The position numbers were made by a program, and so were the translations under genes. A DNA stretch of 64,000 bases. Source: Gammaproteobacteria bacterium. Lineage in GTDB: Bacteria > Pseudomonadota > Gammaproteobacteria > UBA5861. Below are positions 49,882-58,797 of this stretch, in pieces. How positions within the stretch are numbered: the stretch's first letter is position 1; each line of letters begins with the position of its first letter. The notes under the pieces are model-generated. The model was not told where the DNA came from. It saw only the letters and a program-made list of their open reading frames with translations, and did not search any database. The stretch spans positions 1,364 through 65,363 of the forward strand of contig JAKSCV010000012.1 in the NCBI GenBank assembly GCA_022360445.1, in the 5' to 3' direction.

Positions 49882-50571
49882 TTAAAGCCAGAGGTCAAAA
49901 AACTGATTGAGCCAAATCTCAACATCCTGCTGGTGTTTTTCATTTTCGGCTCGTTGTTTTTCAGGTTGCTGTGCGCCTGGGAAAGCCAATTTATGAGCGG
50001 CACGCTCCATCCAAAGCTCCATAATATCGGTGGTTACTTCCGGGTGAAATTGTACGCCGTAAATATTGTTTTTTAAGCGGAATGCCTGGTTAGGAAAGTA
50101 AGGGCTACCTTGGGCCAGCGACACGGCATGTTGAGGAAGGCAAAAACCTTCTTGGTGCCATTGGTAAAAGTATTGAGTATTGCCAAAAAGCGGGTCAGCA
50201 CTGGCGGTGGGGGTGATCGGGAAGTAGCCGATTTCCACCTGCCCGGAAGGGTGTGGGGCAACGAGCTCCCCTTGTGATTGAGCGATGAGCTGTGCGCCAA
50301 GGCAGATCCCCAGCAGGCGATGATCTTCTTCAACCGCTTGTTGAACCAGTTTTATCTCCGTGAGTAGAGCAGGGAACTCTTCGGTGTCGTTGACACTCAT
50401 TGGTCCACCGAAAATCACGATCCCCGCATAGTCACCTAAACGGTCGGGCAACACTTCGCCGCCGATGGGGTAACGAATATCCAGCAAATAACCGCGTTGT
50501 TTCAAGTGCATACCCACGCGACCTGGGTTGGCGGATGAACTGTGGGTAATGATTAAAATTTTTTGTGACAA
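49882..50571 (-). CDS. Class I glutamine amidotransferase-like protein
   Basis: 229 aa with GICLGAQLI (nucleophile Cys) and FHPE (catalytic His/Glu). Confidence 0.8.
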   Translation of the reverse strand: MSQKILIITHSSSANPGRVGMHLKQRGYLLDIRYPIGGEVLPDRLGDYAGIVIFGGPMSVNDTEEFPALLTEIKLVQQAVEEDHRLLGICLGAQLIAQSQGELVAPHPSGQVEIGYFPITPTASADPLFGNTQYFYQWHQEGFCLPQHAVSLAQGSPYFPNQAFRLKNNIYGVQFHPEVTTDIMELWMERAAHKLAFPGAQQPEKQRAENEKHQQDVEIWLNQFFDLWL

Positions 50572-50710
50572 TAGCTTTACTTAAATCATTTAAATGATGA
50601 AAAAAAGATTGTAACTTAATAGTACATTTTCTGAAGTGCGGTGCCACAACTTTTATGCCAGGACCTTTTGAGAGAGCCTGGGTTCAACGCTTTGAAGCAT
50701 ATGCTTTTGG

Positions 50711-51652
50711 TCAGGTTACTTGTGTCAGCAAAGGGCGGCCTTCAAAGTAAGCATCTAAATTGGCAACAACCATATCCACGGCATCACCAATTGCATTCAG
50801 GGTAACGCCGCCAATGTGGGGCGTGACAACCACGTTATCCAATTGCATTAAGAGCTCTGGAACAATGGGCTCGCCATCAAAAACATCCAGTCCAGCGGCA
50901 CCGAGTTGGCCTGAGGACAGCATCTCGGTCATTGCGGCCTGGTCAACCACTGAGCCACGCGCAATATTGACGAGAGTGCCTCCAGGGCCGAGTGCTTCCA
51001 GCACTGGCCGGGAGACAAGGTGGTGAGTTTCCCGGCCACCAGGACAGGCGAGAACAAGGTAGTCGGCCTCACGGGCCATAGATAACACGTCGTTGTGGTA
51101 GTGATAGGGCAGATCAGGTTTTGGGGTCCGGCTATGGTAATGAATATCCAGGTCAAAACCTGCTGCCCGTTGAGCGATAGCTTGGCCAATATTACCCATA
51201 CCCACAATGCCTATTTTTTTGTGATTGAAGCCGGGGGCAACATTCGTAAGCCGGTCAGCCAACCAGCCAAGTTCACGCATTTTTCGATCCATCAGACTGA
51301 CGCGACGCACGGCATCCAATAGAAGCGTCATTGCCAGGTCTGCAACGCAGCTGCTGTTGGAACCCGGGGAGTTTGTCACGGCAATTCCGCGTTCGCGAGC
51401 CGCGTCCAGGTCGATTCGGTCATAACCCACACCCAGACAGCAGATGATTTCGAGCCCGGGTAGTTGGTCCATAAATTCGGCGTCTGCACCGACCGAGTTA
51501 AGGGTAAACACGGCTTTGATTCGGTGGGCAATTTCGCTTACAAACGGAACGATATCTTTCGCATGCCAGGCATCGTGTACGACAAATTTTTCTTTGAGTG
51601 TGCTGACAATTGGGGCAGGTAGTTCGGCGGTGACGAGTAAGTCGGGCTTCAT
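50711..51652 (-). CDS. D-isomer-specific 2-hydroxyacid dehydrogenase (glyoxylate/hydroxypyruvate reductase-like)
   Basis: 313 aa with GIVGMGNIGQAIAQRA, NIARGSVVD and TPHIGG. Confidence 0.88.
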   Translation of the reverse strand: MKPDLLVTAELPAPIVSTLKEKFVVHDAWHAKDIVPFVSEIAHRIKAVFTLNSVGADAEFMDQLPGLEIICCLGVGYDRIDLDAARERGIAVTNSPGSNSSCVADLAMTLLLDAVRRVSLMDRKMRELGWLADRLTNVAPGFNHKKIGIVGMGNIGQAIAQRAAGFDLDIHYHSRTPKPDLPYHYHNDVLSMAREADYLVLACPGGRETHHLVSRPVLEALGPGGTLVNIARGSVVDQAAMTEMLSSGQLGAAGLDVFDGEPIVPELLMQLDNVVVTPHIGGVTLNAIGDAVDMVVANLDAYFEGRPLLTQVT

Positions 51653-51726
51653 GTGTTTTCTCCATTTATTATTTAAGTTATTGTTTTTATATGTTTGTAC
51701 ATTAATTTTTTGTTGAAAATAACGGT

Positions 51727-52446
51727 TTATTTTTTGAATTGAATCACTTTTGTTAAAGCGCTGATCGTCAATTCATCGACTGAGCAGCCCGGTCGTAAGG
51801 ATAAAACAGCGGCAATTTGTTGAGCGATGTCTTCGGGCTTAATGTGTTGATTGGCTTCTTCGCCGGGCTTGAAGTTCAGCGCATCAAAAAAGGGTGTATC
51901 AACCATCCCTGGATTCACGACGGTGACTTTCACCCCCGCTCGGCCGCATTCGTCCCTTAAGGCTTGAGCAAAGCCGCGCAGGGCAAATTTACTGGCGCTG
52001 TAGATGGTTCCCTTCCGGTCACCCCGCAACCCAGCAATAGAACTCATTAAAATGATGTCACTGGATACGTTTTTTTTTAGAGCTGGCAAGAAGGCCCGGA
52101 TTAAAAAGGCCTGACTGGTGAAGTTAAGATCCATCAGCGAGCGAATTTGCGGGTAGGAAAACTCTTCCAGTGACTTGAAAATGCCCTGGCCAGCACAGCA
52201 GATGAGGCCAGAGACGGGTATTTCATCCTGTGCGAGAGAGGTTTGAAGTTGGACGAGCTGGTTGGGGAGTTGGTCAAGGTCAGAGAAGTCCAGGGGAACA
52301 GGTGTGAAGGCGTGGCTGTTTGGTGAAAATTTACGCCAGTCTCGTGCTAGCCCTACGACTTTGTGGCCTTCAGCCAGCAAGGTCTCGGTCATGGCTTTTC
52401 CGATACCTGAGCTTGCGCCAGAGATGATGAATCGCCTGATTGTCAT
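51727..52446 (-). CDS. Short-chain dehydrogenase/reductase (SDR)
   Basis: Contains ISGASSGIGKA and YSASKFAL. ATG 52446-52444 overlaps the TGA (52445-52443) of the upstream radical SAM gene, forming an ATGA junction. Confidence 0.85.
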   Translation of the reverse strand: MTIRRFIISGASSGIGKAMTETLLAEGHKVVGLARDWRKFSPNSHAFTPVPLDFSDLDQLPNQLVQLQTSLAQDEIPVSGLICCAGQGIFKSLEEFSYPQIRSLMDLNFTSQAFLIRAFLPALKKNVSSDIILMSSIAGLRGDRKGTIYSASKFALRGFAQALRDECGRAGVKVTVVNPGMVDTPFFDALNFKPGEEANQHIKPEDIAQQIAAVLSLRPGCSVDELTISALTKVIQFKK

Positions 52447-53435
52447 AATGTGCAGCGGAAGAATTTCTCTTCGGGTATGTGGTTTAAAATTTGTGTTTTG
52501 CAAAACGCGATCATTTCTTCTTCCAGTGCGGCTTCATAAGATGTCATGCCATTGTCGCTGGATAATGGCCCCGCGAACAGTTTCTCGTCAGGATACAGGC
52601 GGGTCAGTTTTTTGAAAAAGCCATCAGGCAAACGGAAAGGCCCGAGACTGACAGAGTGAATACTGGGCTCGGGCAATGCGGAGAAAACCTGCTCAAACAG
52701 TTCCAGGTAAAGCGTTTGATAATGGCTTTGGTAAATCAAAGGGTCGAAGCGCAAGCCAATTTTCCAACCGTTTTCAGCAAGCTTCAGCATCGCCCGAATA
52801 CGGGCGGATAACCCAGGCGCACCGTGTTCAAGTGACTTTGCCACGCTCGCGGGATTCAAGCTGTAGGCTACGACGACATTATTGATGGCTTCTGTTTCTA
52901 GTAGCGCACTGATTTGTGTGCTTTTGGTTCTTAGTTCAAGTAGGGTGTGTGGCCGCTCTCGAAAAAGTGGCAAAATGTGCGAGGCAAACCCCGAGGTACT
53001 CTCAAAAGCGAGGCTATCGCAATCGTAACCGGAGAAAAAATGAATGCTTTGGCCTGGGTGTTGACTGGCCGTTAGCCGAATCGCTTGGTCAAAGTCTTCG
53101 TAATTGACAAAAAGAACATAATTTGCTGAGCGGTACATGCCTTGTAAAAAACAATAGCGACAGTCATACAGGCAGTTGAGCATATGTGAGAAATAATAAT
53201 TATACGCGCCGCCAATGCCGTATCCATCAGGCGCAGGCAGTATAAATCCTTTATGTTTTTGCGCCAGGATCAGCGCGGGTATTTTCTTTTGCAGTCGGAA
53301 GTTTTGCGCCTTGGGATTGAACACTTCGCTATAGCGCTCACAAGTGATTCGACGGGCATTTGGGTAGCGCTTTAAGATGTCGGTGACTCGTGGGTGGCCC
53401 TGAAGGGCAGCTTCAATGTAGATGGTATCGATCAA
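52443..53435 (-). CDS. SPL-family (spore-photoproduct-lyase-like) radical SAM protein
   Basis: 330 aa with a CLYDCRYC (C-x3-C-x2-C) cluster in an SplB-like context. The family assignment is by recollection of the family, not by search. Confidence 0.7.
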   Translation of the reverse strand: MIDTIYIEAALQGHPRVTDILKRYPNARRITCERYSEVFNPKAQNFRLQKKIPALILAQKHKGFILPAPDGYGIGGAYNYYFSHMLNCLYDCRYCFLQGMYRSANYVLFVNYEDFDQAIRLTASQHPGQSIHFFSGYDCDSLAFESTSGFASHILPLFRERPHTLLELRTKSTQISALLETEAINNVVVAYSLNPASVAKSLEHGAPGLSARIRAMLKLAENGWKIGLRFDPLIYQSHYQTLYLELFEQVFSALPEPSIHSVSLGPFRLPDGFFKKLTRLYPDEKLFAGPLSSDNGMTSYEAALEEEMIAFCKTQILNHIPEEKFFRCTL

Positions 53436-53441
53436 GTGGCG

Positions 53442-54275
53442 TTAATCCAATGTTGTCGGCTGTTGATGGAGGGTGTTGCGGAGTGTTTGCAGGCACTCCC
53501 GGCTGCTGCGGCAGTTGGAGATAGCGGACTCTACGGAAGCCGTATCGCCCCAGATTAAATGCCAACGCCGGAGTAATTGTTGAAGTTGCATTTTTTGCTG
53601 TTGAGAAAATCGCCACTTTTGTGCGATAGCTTCGAAGTTATTAGGAATGTGGTGCGCGACTTCCAACTCGTCCAGCAAGGCTTTCTGGCTTTGCAGCACT
53701 TGCTCGATGGATTCAAGATGATGTTTTATATTTTGTTCGATCCAGGCGGGTGTAATACTTTCAATCGGGTGGTGATGTGTGTCAGATACCACTTTAAGAC
53801 ACTGCACTAACTCATTAGATGTAAAGCGTGTTGCAGTATAGTAAAACCCTGAGGCTTCCATCTCGAACAAACCGTGCGCAGGATAATCAGTCACGGGTTT
53901 GGGCACAGTAAAGACCTCCTCTGTCTGGCATGGCAGTGTATACGTGAGAGAGGGGTAGTGGCTGTGGCCCGTGTCGCCATCAGTTATTTTGTGGGCTGCA
54001 AATAGGTCGCCCAGTTCGACATGGCCATGACCGGCTATGCCAACATTGAGCCAGCTGCTAAAGCTATTATGACCGGCGAGCATGTAGGTATAAGCAACGG
54101 CAGCGGCACTGGCGACCTTGCCGATACCACTAATGGTTAACCAGAGGTTATCTCTCCGGTAAACCTCGAAAGTCGGCGCGTGAGTCAGCTTTTTTAGCCC
54201 GAAAAAAGGAAGCAATGCTTTGGCTTCAATTGGCATTGCCACGATCAGATGTTGATGGGGCTGCTGCAGGGGCAT
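53442..54275 (-). CDS. PNP_UDP_1-family nucleosidase/phosphorylase (MTA/SAH-nucleosidase-like) with an extra C-terminal helical region of about 90 aa
   Basis: Blocks match E. coli MtnN by eye: LIVAMPIEAKAL, SGIGKVASAAA, NVGIAGH, EMEASG, KVVSD. Its start shares 1 nt with the GT2 stop (TGATG). Confidence 0.7.
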   Translation of the reverse strand: MPLQQPHQHLIVAMPIEAKALLPFFGLKKLTHAPTFEVYRRDNLWLTISGIGKVASAAAVAYTYMLAGHNSFSSWLNVGIAGHGHVELGDLFAAHKITDGDTGHSHYPSLTYTLPCQTEEVFTVPKPVTDYPAHGLFEMEASGFYYTATRFTSNELVQCLKVVSDTHHHPIESITPAWIEQNIKHHLESIEQVLQSQKALLDELEVAHHIPNNFEAIAQKWRFSQQQKMQLQQLLRRWHLIWGDTASVESAISNCRSSRECLQTLRNTLHQQPTTLD

Positions 54276-55120
54276 CAGTGGCTTCCCGTTGTTTTTTGCA
54301 CGGATTGGAATAAAGATTCGTAGTGCGTAGCATCTTCCAAGCGGCCTCGCTTACGTGCGCCGGCTGCAAATATGTTGGTTTTTTTCTTTAACATTGACAT
54401 TGCGGCTTGTCTGTCGGTGTCGGAAAGTAACGGCGCCCCCGCCTTTAAAAGGTTATGAAGTGCACGGATCCGAAAACGATCCATGCCCCAATATTGCTTA
54501 GACAGTTGGTCGTCATGTCCGCCGTATTTGATAATTTGAGGTTTTGAGACAAAAGTGACCGGGTATCTGGCAGTGATCCGCAGCCATAAGTCGTAATCTT
54601 CACAAGCAGGCAGAGAGGTATCGAAGTGTCCAAGTTCTTCGAAGACCCGCTGATGGATGATGATGGATGAGGGCGACATGGCGCAAAGCGGCAGGCAGTG
54701 CTGAAAAATCCGCCCGCCTTTTTTTGCGTGTTTTTTGTGTGGGTTCACGCGTTGACCATTGCGAATCCAGATTTCTTCGGTATGGCAAATCAGCTGTCCC
54801 GACGCGCTTAGTGCCTGCTTTTGGGCAGAAAGCTTTCCGGGCAACCACTCATCATCAGAATCCAGCAAAGCGTTCCACTCGCCCGATGCTGTCCGGGTGC
54901 CGGCATTACGAGCAGCACTCACACCTTTTTGTGTTTGTTTGAGGTAGCGGACCTGGCTGAAATTATCTTTAATAAGCGTTTCTGTGTCATCAGTCGACCC
55001 ATCATCTACAACGATGATCTCATCAGGGGGGGGCGTCTGTTTGAACACAGAATTTAATGCGCGGGGTAAATAACCCGCGCGGTTGTGAGTTGGAATGATG
55101 ACGGAGACACTGTCAAACAT
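54275..55120 (-). CDS. Family 2 glycosyltransferase
   Basis: 281 aa containing VSVIIPTHNRAGYL...VVDDGSTDDT...LDSDDEW (GT-A fold with a DxD motif). Confidence 0.88.
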   Translation of the reverse strand: MFDSVSVIIPTHNRAGYLPRALNSVFKQTPPPDEIIVVDDGSTDDTETLIKDNFSQVRYLKQTQKGVSAARNAGTRTASGEWNALLDSDDEWLPGKLSAQKQALSASGQLICHTEEIWIRNGQRVNPHKKHAKKGGRIFQHCLPLCAMSPSSIIIHQRVFEELGHFDTSLPACEDYDLWLRITARYPVTFVSKPQIIKYGGHDDQLSKQYWGMDRFRIRALHNLLKAGAPLLSDTDRQAAMSMLKKKTNIFAAGARKRGRLEDATHYESLFQSVQKTTGSH

Positions 55121-55129
55121 AGTGCCGAT

Positions 55130-55924
55130 TTATCCGTAGCTTTGCGAGATGCTGTCTAATGGTGATTTTTGAATACCGTGATTTGGAATAGGGTAGCGCA
55201 ATCCGACTTTATGCAAAGCTTCGAGGCCTTTGAGGATATGAGGCAGATAGGACGGCGCAAAAGCAATGAGGAGTTCGTCGTCTTGCACGCCGCCAAACTT
55301 GCGTTCTGCATAACAGGGAATGGATAAACTCGGTTCACCGGTACGCAGTGCTTTCCCCCAGGAGTCCGCACAGGCACTTTCGCCTACACAGGTAAATTCA
55401 AGTTTTTTATAACCAGTATGCTGTAATCCATTGATAAGTGTGATCATTTGCCCAGGCGTTGCATACACAAGACAAATGTCAGGATTATCCAGGCGTTTTG
55501 AGGTTAATGGCGAGACAGCCAGTGCTTTATAGTCACCGTGACTGGCGCAATCCATGGCGCGCTGATGGGCAGCACTGTCTTCGAGTGTGCCATACCAAAC
55601 GCCGTTCATTTTTTCGCCACTCAGCCACTCATCATCTGGAGGGTGTAATCCAACTACGGCACCACATTGCTCGCCCATGAGATGATCCATCGTGATACCC
55701 AGTGTCCAGCCGATCCAACGGCTTTGACCCACAACTTGGTCCATGGCAAGTTTTTCTTTAGGGTTGGGTTTGCGCAGACGAGGTATGGCCTCCATTTGTT
55801 CGACCGTCTCAAAACGTTTCATCCCGATTGGATTGGTTTTTAACCGAAGGTATTGGTTGAGCCCGTTAACAAGTGTGTTGTAATCGTAGTCTGTAGTATC
55901 ATCCCAGCAATTCTTGTTGGCCAT
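55130..55924 (-). CDS. DUF169-family protein
   Basis: 264 aa with the Cys-containing blocks EQCGAVVG and FTCVGESACADSW and the overall DUF169 pattern as I recall it. Its stop lies 9 nt upstream of the GT2 start. Confidence 0.6.
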   Translation of the reverse strand: MANKNCWDDTTDYDYNTLVNGLNQYLRLKTNPIGMKRFETVEQMEAIPRLRKPNPKEKLAMDQVVGQSRWIGWTLGITMDHLMGEQCGAVVGLHPPDDEWLSGEKMNGVWYGTLEDSAAHQRAMDCASHGDYKALAVSPLTSKRLDNPDICLVYATPGQMITLINGLQHTGYKKLEFTCVGESACADSWGKALRTGEPSLSIPCYAERKFGGVQDDELLIAFAPSYLPHILKGLEALHKVGLRYPIPNHGIQKSPLDSISQSYG

Positions 55925-55987
55925 GGTTCCTCCCGTCTAGGCGTGATTGGAGTGGAAGTGAGGTAGCCTGAAACTATATCGCACCGA

Positions 55988-56968
55988 CTAGGGCAGGACT
56001 AGTTTAATCTCCGCAGCTGCGCTTTCAACACACTGTCGGCCGATATCGATGGCGTCTTTTGCTGAAAAAAACTCTAAAATGCCAATGTGAGCAAGCCGGG
56101 GTGTCAAATTAATTTCAGGCGGGTCGCCCGCCATGCGGCTGCGTGTGATTCGGTCTTGCATGATGTCGATGGATTTAGCCAATGTGTCAAAAAGCTTGGG
56201 CGGCTCAAAGAGGCTGGTTTCTTCATTCGAAGTGAAAAAGGATGTGTAGTTTTTTAACTTCTGGCTCAGTGCATCCAGCAAGTTAGGATCTTCGGAGGAT
56301 CTCGCTTCGTTCTCCTCTTTTTGTCTGGCGACCTGCTGTATTTTTGCCATGTTTTGTTGGGAAAAAACATGGTGGTTTAAATTAACGGCGATTACAATGT
56401 CTGCGCCGAGTGCGCGGCAAAGAGACACAGGCACCGGGTTGACCATGCCCCCATCCATGTACCAATTGTCATTGATTTTTCTTGGTGGGAAAATGCCTGG
56501 GATCGCAATGGAGGCCCATAATGAGTCCAGTATGTTACCGTGCTGTAGCCATATTTCTTGTCCATTATCCAAACGAGTTGTGACCATGCCGAAGGTAATT
56601 TCCTGATCTTCGATCAAGGCGTCATCCGGTGCAATATATTGATTGAAAACGATTTGTAGTCGTCTTTCATCAATAAAGCCGGGTTGAAGAGGATTGACAT
56701 CAAAAAACCTGATCACGTCCCATTTGTGAAGTTCACATGCCCATTTCGTAAGGGTATCAAATCTGCCGCTGACATAAGCGGCACCAATGACAGCACCCAT
56801 TGAGCATCCTGAAACAACAGCTGGAGTAATACCTTGCTCCTGCAGTGCCTGGATGACGCCTATATGTGCCCATCCTCGGGCACCACCACCGCCGAGTGCA
56901 AGCCCAATGCGCGGTTTTGGTCTTTCATGCGCATTAACATCAGAGTTTGGGTGTGTGCGTGTTGTCAT
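55988..56968 (-). CDS. Patatin-like phospholipase (RssA/YchK-like)
   Basis: 326 aa with GLALGGGGARGWAHIGV (oxyanion hole), GCSMGA (G-x-S-x-G) and DGG (catalytic Asp). Confidence 0.88.
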   Translation of the reverse strand: MTTRTHPNSDVNAHERPKPRIGLALGGGGARGWAHIGVIQALQEQGITPAVVSGCSMGAVIGAAYVSGRFDTLTKWACELHKWDVIRFFDVNPLQPGFIDERRLQIVFNQYIAPDDALIEDQEITFGMVTTRLDNGQEIWLQHGNILDSLWASIAIPGIFPPRKINDNWYMDGGMVNPVPVSLCRALGADIVIAVNLNHHVFSQQNMAKIQQVARQKEENEARSSEDPNLLDALSQKLKNYTSFFTSNEETSLFEPPKLFDTLAKSIDIMQDRITRSRMAGDPPEINLTPRLAHIGILEFFSAKDAIDIGRQCVESAAAEIKLVLP

Positions 56969-58143
56969 ATGGTCTCTTCGATAGCCTCTGTTTTTATTAG
57001 GGCTGTAATTTGATCGTCGTTAAACCCCCATGCCTTTAAGCCGTCTCGACTATGGTCGCCAGGTGTGGGTGATGCGTATTGAACGGCCCCGGGGGTGCGG
57101 CTGAATTTGGGCACTGGAGAGGGCTGGGTATAGCCACCGACTTCTGTGAAGTTTTGACGGCTGATGTGATGAGGGTGTTGATGAGCTTCACTCAGTGACA
57201 ATACCGGCGCATAGCACACGTCTGTGCCGGTGAGCAGTTCATCCCATTCATCGCGTGTTTTGGTTTTGAATATGGATTGCAGTTTGGCTTTCATTTCCGG
57301 CCACTGCGTTTGGTCGTTCTGCTCGGGGAGTTTTGTTTTGTCCAGTCCCAGCTTGTCCAAAAGCTGGAGATAGAAGCGATGTTCAATGGGGCCGATGGAA
57401 ATAAACTTGTGGTCTTTTGTTTCATAAACCTCATAAAAGTGTGCACCGGTATCTAGAAGGTTGGTGCCGACTTCATCATTCCAGGTGCCTGCATGTTCGC
57501 GCCCGCCTACGACGCCGGATATCAAGGATGCTACACAATCAATCATGGATGTGTCCACGACTTGCCCTTGTCCTGATCGGCCAGTTTCCCAGAGCGCACA
57601 CATCATGCCGAAGGCTAAGTATAACGCGCCACCGCCATAGTCACCCACAAGGTTAAGTGGTGGGACAGGTTTTTGCCCACGTCGTGCAAAGTAGTGCAAT
57701 GCGCCCCCTAGGGCGATGTAGTTGATGTCATGTCCAGCTGCCATGGACATTGGACCTGTTTGTCCGAATCCGGTCATTCGCCCGTACACGAGTTTTGGGT
57801 TTCGTTGGAGGCAGACATCCGGGCCAAGGCCGAGCTTTTCCATGACGCCAGGGCGAAACCCTTCGATCAAACCGTCTGCTCGCTCGATCAGTTTGAGAAG
57901 AGTTTCTATCCCCTCAGGGTTTTTCATGTCAATGGCAACAGAGCGGCGACTTCTGAGTGTAATGTCGTTGAGGGTATCTCTCGGCTCTCCAACAATAGCC
58001 TTTTGCGGGCGATCAATACGTAAAATATCCGCGCCCAAATCCGCCAGCAGCATGGCGCAGAATGGACCAGGGCCAATGCCTGCAATTTCGACAATTTTAA
58101 GGCCGGTGAGTGGTCCTCAGGCTGGGTTAATGCGTTTGCTCAT
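56965..58143 (-). CDS. Family III CoA-transferase (alpha-methylacyl-CoA racemase/CaiB-like), interrupted by an in-frame TGA at 58119-58117; possible pseudogene, sequencing error or recoding
   Basis: The ORF track gives 56965-58053, starting MLLADLGADILRIDRP. The same frame upstream reads ATG(58143)-SKRINPA-TGA-GPLTGLKIVEIAGIGPGPFCA, which is the conserved N-terminus of this family (compare human AMACR [33 protein letters not shown]). AGGAGG lies 7 nt upstream of ATG 58143. Confidence 0.75.
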
Positions 58144-58179
58144 ATCGTTATCCTCCTAGTGAATGTTTGATTCTTATAT

Positions 58180-58737
58180 TTAGTTTTGGTGAATCAGCTT
58201 CAAGAATTCGCTGCGTGTCCGGTGGTCATCTTTAAAGCGGCCACGCATAGTGGATGTTGTCATTTTAGAGTTTTGTTTTTCCACGCCTCGCATTTTCATG
58301 CAGAGGTGTTCTGCTTCGATAATGACGGCTACGCCATCACCCTGAGTAATTTCTCCCACAGCGTCTGCGATCTGTTGAGTGAGTCCTTCCTGGATTTGCA
58401 GGCGCCGGGCATACATGTCAACAATGCGACCAATTTTAGAGAGCCCAATGACGCGGCCCTTCGGCAAGTAACCCACATGGCATTTGCCAAAGAAGGGGAG
58501 CAGGTGGTGTTCGCAGAGGGAGTAGAGTTCGATGTCTTTTACGATGACCATTTCATCCATTTGAGATTCGAAGATGGCGCCATTAACCACGCTTTCGAGG
58601 GTTTGCGAATAGCCACGGGTCAGGTATTGCATGGCTTTGGCGGCGCGCACGGGCGTATCGTGCAAGCCGTCGCGTTCCAGGTTTTCCCCCAGGTTTTTGA
58701 TAATACTGGCATAGCTTGCCGTGAGGTCTTTAATCAT
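58180..58737 (-). CDS. folE: GTP cyclohydrolase I (FolE, type 1)
   Basis: 185 aa containing [18 protein letters not shown]...[11 protein letters not shown]...[13 protein letters not shown]. Confidence 0.93.
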   Translation of the reverse strand: MIKDLTASYASIIKNLGENLERDGLHDTPVRAAKAMQYLTRGYSQTLESVVNGAIFESQMDEMVIVKDIELYSLCEHHLLPFFGKCHVGYLPKGRVIGLSKIGRIVDMYARRLQIQEGLTQQIADAVGEITQGDGVAVIIEAEHLCMKMRGVEKQNSKMTTSTMRGRFKDDHRTRSEFLKLIHQN

Positions 58738-58797
58738 AGGTTTGAGGCCTTGTATCGGAAGGTTGGTTAGCTAATATACCAAATCATGCAGGACCTT

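Noticed and set aside
50711-51652. 2-hydroxyacid dehydrogenase considered as a PtxD-like phosphite dehydrogenase linked to the PhnD-type transporter
   Set aside because: It lies 4 kb away on the opposite strand with five unrelated genes between. It is shorter than PtxD (313 aa against 336 aa) and resembles glyoxylate/hydroxypyruvate reductases.
55988-56968. Patatin-like phospholipase considered as a CBASS CapV-type defence effector
   Set aside because: No cyclic-nucleotide synthase, E1/E2/JAB or other CBASS component is adjacent. The sequence looks like housekeeping RssA/YchK.
58060-58119. Possible selenocysteine (SECIS) reading of the in-frame TGA in the CoA-transferase. GGACCA directly after the TGA can pair with TGGTCC about 45 nt downstream, with an inner GGCC/GGCC pairing.
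   Set aside because: The geometry and apical loop do not resemble the bacterial SECIS as I know it from fdhF. Family III CoA-transferases are not known selenoproteins, and the position is not a catalytic residue. A nonsense mutation or sequencing error is the simpler explanation.
58186-58770. 194-aa plus-strand ORF covering the whole folE locus
   Set aside because: The minus-strand product matches GTP cyclohydrolase I motif for motif (CEHHLLPF..., GLSK..., RLQIQE...). The plus-strand translation has no recognisable features, so this is a mirror ORF.
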